Shown: in pieces, positions 56,438 to 64,000 of the stretch
Layout: the number at the start of each line of letters is the position of its first letter
Numbering within the stretch: position 1 is the stretch's first letter
DNA from: an uncultured Gammaproteobacteria bacterium
GTDB taxonomy: Bacteria; Patescibacteriota; Microgenomatia; Levybacterales; GWA1-39-11
Direction: 5' to 3'
Assembly (NCBI GenBank): GCA_964450885.1
Contig: CAYVFE010000001.1
Coordinates: 160,489-224,488 of the forward strand
Length of the DNA: 64,000 nucleotides
The notes under the pieces: model-generated
Told to the model about the DNA's origin: nothing
The model's database searches: none
Seen by the model: the letters and a program-made list of their open reading frames with translations, nothing else
Made by a program: the position numbers and the translations under genes

Positions 56438-58777
56438 ATGAAAAAAACCTCTAAGACGTTTGATATTGATGGTAAGACTATTACCCTCGAAACAGGTACA
56501 CTAGCACAACTCGCAACGAGTAGCGTTATGGCTCGTATGGGTGACACAATCGTTCTTGCGAATGTCACTATGGGAAGATCCGACACCACCCTCGACTACT
56601 TCCCTCTTTCGGTTGATTATGCAGAAAGGCTTTACGCTGGGGGAAAGATAAAAGGTTCCCGATGGGTAAAGCGCGAAGGCAGACCGACAGATGAAGCAGT
56701 ACTTACCGGAAGACTTATTGATCGTTCTATTCGACCTCTATTTCCTAAAGAGCTTAAAAAAGATGTTCAGGTAATTGTAAACGTTTTATCGGTTGACGGT
56801 GTAAACGATCCGGATATTCTAGCTATTAACGCAGTGTCGGCAGCTCTTGCTATCTCAAAAATCCCTTGGAATGGTCCAGTTGGAGCAGTTCGGGTAGGAG
56901 TCGCAAAAGCAGATTCGCAAAATACACTTTTGGTAAATCCTGACGCGACTGTCGAGCTAAATCTTGACCTGGTTCTTACCGCCAGCAAAACCGGACACAC
57001 TCTTATGGTTGAAGCTGGTGCAAGCGAGATCCCCGAGGAAATCGCACTAAAAGGAGTAACCCTGGCTCGTGAATGGGGAGTAAAGATAATCGAATTCGTA
57101 AATGAGGTTGTAAAGGAAGTTGGAGAAGAAAAAATAGAAGTTGTAGCAGATAGTGCAAAGGATGAGTATGTTGCTTTAGTCGAGAAAAGTTACAAGAAAA
57201 ATATTGTTGACGTTTTGGAAGGAGATCTTGGAGAGAATGTAAGTGGAGATCTAGGAAAAATTGCAGATGTTATCGCAGAGGAGGAGTCCAAAAAACTTAA
57301 AGAGGGTGATGAGGCGCCAAATAAAAAGAAGATATTTGAAGCAGTAGACTATGTATTCAAGAAAATTATCCGAGAAAATATAGTAGAAAAAGAAAAAAGA
57401 TTTGACGGCCGAAAGATCGACGAGCTTCGCGAAATTACATCTCAAGTGAGCTTTTTGCCCCGTGTACACGGTTCGGGATTATTCTCTCGAGGACAGACTC
57501 AAGTTCTATCTATCGCAACACTTGCAGCATCTTCATTTAGCCAGCTTATAGAAACCCTCGAGGGCGAAGAGACGAAAAGGTATATGCATCATTATTCTTT
57601 CCCACCTTATTCTGTAGGTGAAACTGGAAGAATCGGAAGTCCAAATAGACGCGAAATAGGCCACGGTGCGCTTGCTGAGCGTGCTCTAGAGGCAGTACTC
57701 CCTAGTATTGAAGAATTTCCATATGCGATAAGGATTGTGTCTGAGGTTATGAGCTCAAACGGCTCTACATCTATGGCATCTGCTTGTGGATCGACTCTAG
57801 CCCTCATGGACGCTGGAGTGCCTATTAAAGCTCCAGTTGCTGGAATTGCGATAGGTCTTATGACTCTTGGTGACAAGTATAAAATCTTGACAGACATAAT
57901 CGGTCTTGAGGATTTTGCCGGAGATATGGATTTTAAAGTAGCAGGTACGAGGTCAGGAATAACTGCGATACAGCTTGACGTCAAAAAAGACGCATTAACC
58001 GATGAGATGGTTGCAGAGGTCTTTGAGCGCGCTAAAAAGGCACGCCTTGAAATCCTTGAAGTTATGGAGAAGTCTCTTCCGGAATCAAGAAAAGAAGTCA
58101 GTGCGTTTGCTCCAAAGATAAAGATGATAAAGATCGATCCTGAGAAAATTGGTGGACTTATAGGTCCTGGAGGAAAGATGATAAAAAATATTATCGCGAC
58201 GACTGGTGCACAGGTAGATGTTGAGGACGACGGATCGGTAAGTATTTCTGCAGTAGAAGAGGAAGCGGTAAATAAAGCAGTCGAATGGATAGAGGGGCTT
58301 ACTCACGAAGTAAAGCCTGGGGAGGAATACGAGGGAACCGTAAAGCGGATGATGGGATTTGGAGCATTCGTGGAGATACTTCCTGGTAAAGAAGGACTGG
58401 TTCATGTATCTGAAATGTCTACTGACTACGTAGAATCGCCTGAGGATGTAGTGTCTCTTGATCAAAAAGTTAGGGTTCGTGTAAAAGAGATTGACGATCA
58501 GGGTAGGATAAATCTTTCGATGAAATTTGGAGAGGATGCTGATAAGCCTTCCAAAAGGCCTGAAGGTATGGGTGGATCTGGTCCACGCAGGGATAATCGC
58601 AGCGGGGGCTCTAGATCATTTGAAAGATCTTCGGGTTCACGTGATGACAGGCGAGGAGGGCGTTCCTTTGGAGGATCTTCATCGGGACCTAGGCGTGGTT
58701 TTGGCGGAGGACGCGGTAGATCACAAGGTAAAGAAAAACAATACGAAGGCGGACGCCGCGACGATTGGAATAGATAA
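56438..58777 (+). CDS. pnp: Polynucleotide phosphorylase with an Arg/Gly-rich C-terminal tail
   Basis: Two RNase PH domains, KH (IGPGGKMIKNI) and S1 (GTVKRMMGFGAFVEILPGKEGLVHVSEM). The last about 65 aa are RGG/RS-rich. Confidence 0.95.
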   Translation: MKKTSKTFDIDGKTITLETGTLAQLATSSVMARMGDTIVLANVTMGRSDTTLDYFPLSVDYAERLYAGGKIKGSRWVKREGRPTDEAVLTGRLIDRSIRPLFPKELKKDVQVIVNVLSVDGVNDPDILAINAVSAALAISKIPWNGPVGAVRVGVAKADSQNTLLVNPDATVELNLDLVLTASKTGHTLMVEAGASEIPEEIALKGVTLAREWGVKIIEFVNEVVKEVGEEKIEVVADSAKDEYVALVEKSYKKNIVDVLEGDLGENVSGDLGKIADVIAEEESKKLKEGDEAPNKKKIFEAVDYVFKKIIRENIVEKEKRFDGRKIDELREITSQVSFLPRVHGSGLFSRGQTQVLSIATLAASSFSQLIETLEGEETKRYMHHYSFPPYSVGETGRIGSPNRREIGHGALAERALEAVLPSIEEFPYAIRIVSEVMSSNGSTSMASACGSTLALMDAGVPIKAPVAGIAIGLMTLGDKYKILTDIIGLEDFAGDMDFKVAGTRSGITAIQLDVKKDALTDEMVAEVFERAKKARLEILEVMEKSLPESRKEVSAFAPKIKMIKIDPEKIGGLIGPGGKMIKNIIATTGAQVDVEDDGSVSISAVEEEAVNKAVEWIEGLTHEVKPGEEYEGTVKRMMGFGAFVEILPGKEGLVHVSEMSTDYVESPEDVVSLDQKVRVRVKEIDDQGRINLSMKFGEDADKPSKRPEGMGGSGPRRDNRSGGSRSFERSSGSRDDRRGGRSFGGSSSGPRRGFGGGRGRSQGKEKQYEGGRRDDWNR

Positions 58778-58813
58778 ATCTTCAACTAGTTTAATTTTCA
58801 GCGATTTTATTTG

Positions 58814-58837
58814 TTAGCACCCTTTGGTTAGTGCTAT
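58814..58837 (+). promoter_or_regulatory. CIRCE-like inverted repeat (TTAGCAC-N10-GTGCTA) overlapping a TATACT -10 box upstream of the lon-like gene
   Basis: ttagcaccctttggttagtgctatact. The arms match CIRCE cores but the spacer is 3 nt shorter than canonical. Confidence 0.35.
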
Positions 58838-58846
58838 ACTTTTTTT

Positions 58847-59989
58847 ATGGATCAAAGACCAAGTAGTGACCCGAGTGGTCAAAATTCAACTAATAATCCG
58901 GATCAGAATACAGTTCAAAATCAAACTGAGGATGTATCACCTCATTTACAAATCCAGAAGCTTGAGGACAAGATAAAAGCAGCAAATCTACCCGAAGAAC
59001 TTCATTCAAATGTAATGTCGATGGTTGGGCGTTTGAGATTGATTGAGAAAGAGAATAATTTTTTTGCAGAATATGATACGCTTTCACGTTATATTAACTG
59101 GGTAGTTGTTCTTCCATGGACGAATTCCTCACAGGATATTCTGGATCTAAATCATGCACAGCAGATTTTCGACAAAAATCATCATGGACTACAAGAGGTA
59201 AAAGAAAAAATACTTGAGTACCTGTCCATTATGATTCTAACAAGAAGTAGACTCGAAAAAGATGCGATAATCCGTGCTCCGATTCTCTCCCTGGTGGGTC
59301 TTGTGGGAACAGGTAAGACGACTATCGCGCGTTCTATCGCCGAGGCTTTAGGGAGAAAATTTGTACGTATCCCATTTGGAGGTATGGGAAATGCAGCTCA
59401 GCTCAGAGGTAAAACGCGTATGTCGCCTGATTCTGAGCCTGGTATGGTGATAAAAGCACTGCGTCAGGCAGGAACGAATAATCCAGTCATACTTCTTGAT
59501 GAGATTGACCGTGTGAGTGCTGAGGCAAGGGCTGATATAATGGGAGTTTTGATTGAACTTTTGGATCCAGAGCAGAATCAGCATTTTTCAGATCACTTTA
59601 TAGACTATCCATTTGATCTTTCAAATGTCCTTTTTATCGCAACATCAAACAACACGAAAGACATCTCAACTGCTGTTGTCGATCGTATGCAGATAATACA
59701 AATGCCCTCATATAGCGATGATGAGAAGATTTATATCGCAAAAAACTATATTTTTCCTGAGGTATTGCGTGAATCAGGATTAAGGCCCGAAGAGTTGGCG
59801 ATTGCGGATGATGTCTGGGGAGAAATCGTAAGACCCTTAGGGTACGATTCAGGTATCAGGTCGCTAAAAAGGGCGGTACAGGGACTCGTCCGGAAGGTTG
59901 TACATTATTATTTAACTGGTAAAATAGTTCAAGGCAAGCAATTCATGATCACTAGCCAAAATCTGCCAAATTTTGTTTCGCAATGGTAA
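58847..59989 (+). CDS. Lon-like AAA+ ATPase lacking the N-terminal LAN domain and the C-terminal protease domain
   Basis: YINWVVVLPWTNSSQDILDLNHAQQIFDKNHHGLQEVKEKILEYLS is the Lon pre-AAA linker. GLVGTGKTT (Walker A), PVILLDEIDRV (Walker B), LDPEQNQHFSDHFIDYPFDLSNVLFIATSN. The ORF stops right after the AAA+ alpha-subdomain and the next gene starts immediately. Confidence 0.7.
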   Translation: MDQRPSSDPSGQNSTNNPDQNTVQNQTEDVSPHLQIQKLEDKIKAANLPEELHSNVMSMVGRLRLIEKENNFFAEYDTLSRYINWVVVLPWTNSSQDILDLNHAQQIFDKNHHGLQEVKEKILEYLSIMILTRSRLEKDAIIRAPILSLVGLVGTGKTTIARSIAEALGRKFVRIPFGGMGNAAQLRGKTRMSPDSEPGMVIKALRQAGTNNPVILLDEIDRVSAEARADIMGVLIELLDPEQNQHFSDHFIDYPFDLSNVLFIATSNNTKDISTAVVDRMQIIQMPSYSDDEKIYIAKNYIFPEVLRESGLRPEELAIADDVWGEIVRPLGYDSGIRSLKRAVQGLVRKVVHYYLTGKIVQGKQFMITSQNLPNFVSQW

Positions 59990-61689
59990 ATTCAGTCACA
60001 AATACAAATATACAAGTCAGTAAAAATAGTTCTGGTCTAACGTTCATTTCTCTCGGAGGTATAGGAGTCGTTACCCGTAATATGCATCTTTATATGGTCG
60101 ATGACGAGATACTTATTGTCGATTGTGGGATAGGTTTTCCGGACCAGACGACCGTGACTGGAGTTGATTTTTTGATTCCAGATATAACTTATCTAAAAAA
60201 ACTCGTAGATGAAGGGAAAAAAATTGTAGGAATGATTCTTTCCCACGGTCACGAGGATCATATAGGTGCTGTTCCATTTATCCTTGATCAACTCCCTCAG
60301 TTTCCCATCTATGGATCCAAATTTACATCAGCGCTCACAAATGTAAAACTAAAAGACTTTGCTTTAAACAAGAGAGTCGATGAACTGGATTTTAACAAAG
60401 AGGTAAATCTTGGGAAATTTACCTTCAAGCTTATCCGCGTAACGCATTCTGTTCCTGATACATCTCACATTTTTATAAAGACTCCAGCTGGGAATTATTA
60501 CCATGGGTGTGACTATAAATTTGATCTTGCTCCTGTTGATAAAAAACCATCAGATCTTCAGGCGATCGTCGCAGCTGGAAATGAAGGTATCACAGCACTA
60601 TTTTCTGATTGTTTAGGGTCTGAGAGGGAGGGTCATTCAGAGTCAGAGAGTAAGATAACAGGAAATTTCGAAGATGAATTCAGACGCGCAAAAGGAAAAG
60701 TCTTTATAACGACCTACTCCTCGAATGTTGCCAGAATGAATCAAGCGATTGAGGCTGCGATAAAATTCAATAGGAAAATTTGCTTCATGGGCCGTTCATT
60801 TCTTAAGGTTAGGGATCTTGCACGCCAACTTGGATATCTTAATTGTCCGGAGAAGTGGGAGATAAAGCCGGACAGGGTTGCCAGCATGAATCCTAAAGAA
60901 GTGATGATTCTTCTCCCCGGTAGTCAGGCTCAGGAAGAGTCGGCTCTCGTTCGTGTTGCAACTGATTCAAATCGATATGGAATTAGGGTAGACAAAAACG
61001 ATACGGTAATTTTTTCTGCTGATCCAATCCCGGGGAATGAAGTCTCCATCTACGCGCTTTTAGATGTGCTTTCCCAAAAGGGAGCGAGGATTATTTATTC
61101 AGATATTGCAAATGATTTTCATGTATCAGGACATGGTAATCAGAATGATATAAAGCTTTTGACGTCGCTTTTGAAGCCAAAATTTGTAATTCCGATAAGC
61201 GGAAACTACCGACATATGAATGCATATAACAGAATAATGCGCGAACTTAACTATGATGACAGGAATGTAATTCTAATCGAAAGCGGACAGGAGGTTTCAT
61301 TTTCGGGAAGTGTATATAGGGTCGGGAAAAAGCAGGATCTAAAGACTGTCTATGTAGATGAATTTACGGGAGAGGAAATGGAGCATTTTGTGCTTCGTGA
61401 TCGTCAGAAGATAGCAAAAGAAGGGGTTATGATAATTCTCGCGGAGGTTGATACTAATAACGGAAAGTTAGTTGCTCCACCCGATATTATCGCCCGAGGG
61501 TTTTTATATCCGGAGAAAGAGGAATTCACGAAAAAACTCGAAGGAGAATTTACTAAGTTTTTGTCGGAGAAAAAGGGTAAAGCTACAAATTGGACGTATT
61601 ATAGAAAAGTTATACAGAGAAGCGCTGAGAAACTACTTGTGCGAGAGAAGCGAGAGCCGATGGTGATCCCCATAATTGTTGAGGTTTGA
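59983..61689 (+). CDS. rnj: Ribonuclease J (metallo-beta-lactamase/beta-CASP)
   Basis: HGHEDHIGAVP motif, beta-CASP region and C-terminal domain. 568 aa. Confidence 0.9.
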   Translation: MVNSVTNTNIQVSKNSSGLTFISLGGIGVVTRNMHLYMVDDEILIVDCGIGFPDQTTVTGVDFLIPDITYLKKLVDEGKKIVGMILSHGHEDHIGAVPFILDQLPQFPIYGSKFTSALTNVKLKDFALNKRVDELDFNKEVNLGKFTFKLIRVTHSVPDTSHIFIKTPAGNYYHGCDYKFDLAPVDKKPSDLQAIVAAGNEGITALFSDCLGSEREGHSESESKITGNFEDEFRRAKGKVFITTYSSNVARMNQAIEAAIKFNRKICFMGRSFLKVRDLARQLGYLNCPEKWEIKPDRVASMNPKEVMILLPGSQAQEESALVRVATDSNRYGIRVDKNDTVIFSADPIPGNEVSIYALLDVLSQKGARIIYSDIANDFHVSGHGNQNDIKLLTSLLKPKFVIPISGNYRHMNAYNRIMRELNYDDRNVILIESGQEVSFSGSVYRVGKKQDLKTVYVDEFTGEEMEHFVLRDRQKIAKEGVMIILAEVDTNNGKLVAPPDIIARGFLYPEKEEFTKKLEGEFTKFLSEKKGKATNWTYYRKVIQRSAEKLLVREKREPMVIPIIVEV

Positions 61690-61728
61690 TAAACGATATA
61701 ATATGCCAAATGGTGTATAATTTTTTGT

Positions 61729-63891
61729 ATGCCTAAAAGACGAAAGCGAAAATCTTATAAGAAGAAAAGTTCACTTAAATTAAAGAAAGATACGATATAC
61801 ACACTTTCTGCTATCGGACTTTTTTTCGTTGCGGCATTGTTATTTCTTTCTTATACGCGAAACGGTGACGTGTTAGACAGCCTATATATAACACTAAGCG
61901 ATTATTTCGGATTTTTCGCATTTTTGGTTCCACTCAATTTGATATTTTTCGCATTTTATCTAAGCCGTACAAAGTTTGCTCTATCTCGCGCAAATGTTTT
62001 TGTCGGTTTTCTCCTTTTCTCGATAGCTCTTGTTAGTCTTTTCCGGACGGGGATGGTCGGAAATGACATATTTTTCTATTCTGAGGAGTTTTTGGGTGGA
62101 ATAGTTACCCTGCTCCTTTTTTCTGCGATGGCATTTGTTGGATTTGTTGTTCTTATGAATCTTTCATTTAGGGAAGTATTTTCGTTCGTGGGCGAAAGTG
62201 CAGCAAGTGGAGCAAAATCTATTTCATCAAGCATAGTTCCACTTCTTAAGACGAAAGATAAGTTAGTGCACGATATAAAGCAACCGATTGCTATCCGCGG
62301 GATCAATGAGCCCAAAATTCAAGAGGCAGAGATCGCTCCAGCGGATAAACCTCTCCCTCCGCCACCTACATCTAAAAAACCAAGCGAGTTTCCGGATGAC
62401 GTAGTAGTAAATCCACTTTCTGACATAGGGGTGTGGGAATCACCTCCGCATTCTCTCCTTACGCAAGCTCCAGAAAAAAGACGGGATAGTGGTGATGTCA
62501 AAAAAATAGCTGCGGTGATTGAGGATACTCTGCAGAATTTTGGAATAAAGGCGCAAGTTGTTGAGATAAACGTAGGGCCTTCTGTTACGCAATATGCGAT
62601 AAAAATACCCTTGGGAACAAAACTTACCAAAATTACGACTCTTGCAAATGATTTGGCATTGACTACAGAAGCGCCCACTGGTCAAATTAGGATCGAGGCG
62701 CCGATCCCTGGAAGATCTCTTGTCGGAATAGAAATCCCAAATAAGACACTGCAATTTGTGGGGCTTCGCGAGATGCTCGAGTCGAAAGTGATGCAGCAGT
62801 CCAAATCCAAGCTCTCAGTTCCGCTTGGGCTTAATGTTTCGGGACAGCCGGTGGTCGCTGATATATCTAGAATGCCTCACGTACTTATAGCAGGTACTAC
62901 CGGTTCTGGAAAATCAGTTATGGTCAATACGATTATTTCGTCTATCCTATTTAGTGCTTCACCAAATGAAGTGCGATTTATCATGATTGATCCTAAAAGG
63001 GTTGAGCTTACTGGGTATAACGATATCCCACACCTTTTGTCGCCCGTAGTAGTTGATGCTGACAAGTCGGTTTCTGCTCTTAAATGGGCACTCAAAGAGA
63101 TGGATAAGCGTTATTCGAAATTTGCCGAGGCAGGAGTTAAGAATATCGATGGTTATAATGAACTCTCAGGATTTCAAGCAATTCCCTATATCGTTATCGT
63201 GATGGATGAGCTCGCTGATCTTATGGCACTTGCTCCTGTTGATGTGGAGGATTGCATAGCCCGTCTCGCGCAAATGGCAAGAGCTACGGGTATCCATCTG
63301 GTGCTTGCTACGCAACGTCCATCCGTAGATGTTATAACAGGACTTATAAAGGCTAATATTCCGTGCAGGATAGCATTTAATGTATCATCCGGAGTTGATA
63401 GTAAGGTAATCATCGATACTCCTGGAGCTGAGAAGCTTTTGGGTCGTGGAGACATGCTTTATGTTCCGCCAGATCAAGCGAAGCCTACGAGGATTCAAGG
63501 TACATTTGTATCGGATCAAGACGTAAAAAGACTGGTGAATTATATTAAATCAAAAGGAATTCCAGTTCAGTATACAAGTGAGGTGGTAGAGCAGGCTGTA
63601 AATATAAAGGGACGCGGTGGGACGGTGGTATCGGGTGGTGGAGGAGATGAGAAAGATGATCTATTCGAGGATGCGATAACACTTATTTGCCAGCATGATA
63701 AAGCGTCAGCCTCACTTCTCCAAAGGAGATTTAAGATAGGATTTAACCGAGCAGCAAGATTACTTGAACAACTTGAAGAACATGGAGTAGTAGGTCCTGG
63801 AGAGGGCGCTAAGCCAAGAGAAGTTCTGGTCAGAAGTGTCGAAGATTATTATGCCCGTTCTGGTCAGCAGCCAGAAAGTTCCGAAGTATAA
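61729..63891 (+). CDS. ftsK: DNA translocase FtsK/SpoIIIE
   Basis: N-terminal 4 TM, Pro-rich linker, motor domain with GTTGSGKSV (Walker A) and IVIVMDELADLM, and a C-terminal gamma winged-helix domain (LQRRFKIGFNRAARLLEQLEEHGVV). Confidence 0.9.
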   Translation: MPKRRKRKSYKKKSSLKLKKDTIYTLSAIGLFFVAALLFLSYTRNGDVLDSLYITLSDYFGFFAFLVPLNLIFFAFYLSRTKFALSRANVFVGFLLFSIALVSLFRTGMVGNDIFFYSEEFLGGIVTLLLFSAMAFVGFVVLMNLSFREVFSFVGESAASGAKSISSSIVPLLKTKDKLVHDIKQPIAIRGINEPKIQEAEIAPADKPLPPPPTSKKPSEFPDDVVVNPLSDIGVWESPPHSLLTQAPEKRRDSGDVKKIAAVIEDTLQNFGIKAQVVEINVGPSVTQYAIKIPLGTKLTKITTLANDLALTTEAPTGQIRIEAPIPGRSLVGIEIPNKTLQFVGLREMLESKVMQQSKSKLSVPLGLNVSGQPVVADISRMPHVLIAGTTGSGKSVMVNTIISSILFSASPNEVRFIMIDPKRVELTGYNDIPHLLSPVVVDADKSVSALKWALKEMDKRYSKFAEAGVKNIDGYNELSGFQAIPYIVIVMDELADLMALAPVDVEDCIARLAQMARATGIHLVLATQRPSVDVITGLIKANIPCRIAFNVSSGVDSKVIIDTPGAEKLLGRGDMLYVPPDQAKPTRIQGTFVSDQDVKRLVNYIKSKGIPVQYTSEVVEQAVNIKGRGGTVVSGGGGDEKDDLFEDAITLICQHDKASASLLQRRFKIGFNRAARLLEQLEEHGVVGPGEGAKPREVLVRSVEDYYARSGQQPESSEV

Positions 63892-64000
63892 ATCCTCATG
63901 AGAACTGTAAATCAAATTCTGCGCGAAGAGCGTTTAAAACAGGGTCAATCCATACATACTGTCGAGAGAAAGACAAAGATAAAGAAAAAATTTCTTGAAG

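Overview
This 64 kb window is bacterial chromosomal DNA, not an obviously mobile region. The reading frame is already open at base 1, so it starts inside lepA. It then carries groES-groEL, tatD and a cell-envelope glycan cluster (a processive GT2 synthase with a QxxRW motif, an ArnT/PMT-like GT-C enzyme, a WecA/MraY-family transferase and a UbiA-family prenyltransferase). Next come a CIRCE-controlled hsp20, metG and an hrcA-grpE-dnaK operon. dnaK and dnaJ are separated by about 10 kb of tightly coupled plus-strand genes. These encode a TrbC/VirB2-like pilin, a VirB6/TrbL-like polytopic membrane protein, a ClpC/ClpB-type Hsp100 with Gln/Asn-rich termini, a small Cys-containing membrane protein, a secreted M4(thermolysin)-M28(aminopeptidase) fusion protease and a C-terminally anchored protein. 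dnaJ is followed by a membrane-anchored second Hsp100 whose first AAA+ module looks non-hydrolytic. The rest of the window holds a 2-hydroxyacid dehydrogenase, a polyprenyl synthase, an RND efflux pair, a family-4 holin-like protein, tgt, a low-GC orphan gene, a SIMPL/DUF541 protein and a MacAB-like ABC transporter with its adaptor. It also holds a sortase locus with four paralogous Asn/Thr/Gly-rich repeat proteins, one of which carries LPITG, and a nusA-infB-rpsO-pnp block that lacks rbfA and truB and has a degenerate NrnA/DHH-like gene in their place. It ends with a Lon AAA+ module lacking its protease domain, RNase J and ftsK. I found no tRNA, rRNA, CRISPR array, transposase or integrase. 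Several regulatory elements are visible directly: two near-canonical CIRCE operators (hsp20, hrcA) and a CIRCE-like site before the lon-like gene, each next to a TTGACA -35 box. There are also promoter-plus-leader-terminator arrangements in front of nusA and in front of the repeat-protein cluster, and intrinsic terminators between convergent genes. The small reduced-style gene set, the many small membrane proteins and the low-complexity Gln/Asn tails suggest a Patescibacteria/CPR-like organism. That assignment is inference only. The main candidate for an undescribed system is the VirB2/VirB6-like, Hsp100 and protease module embedded between dnaK and dnaJ. The sortase and repeat-protein surface locus is the second candidate.
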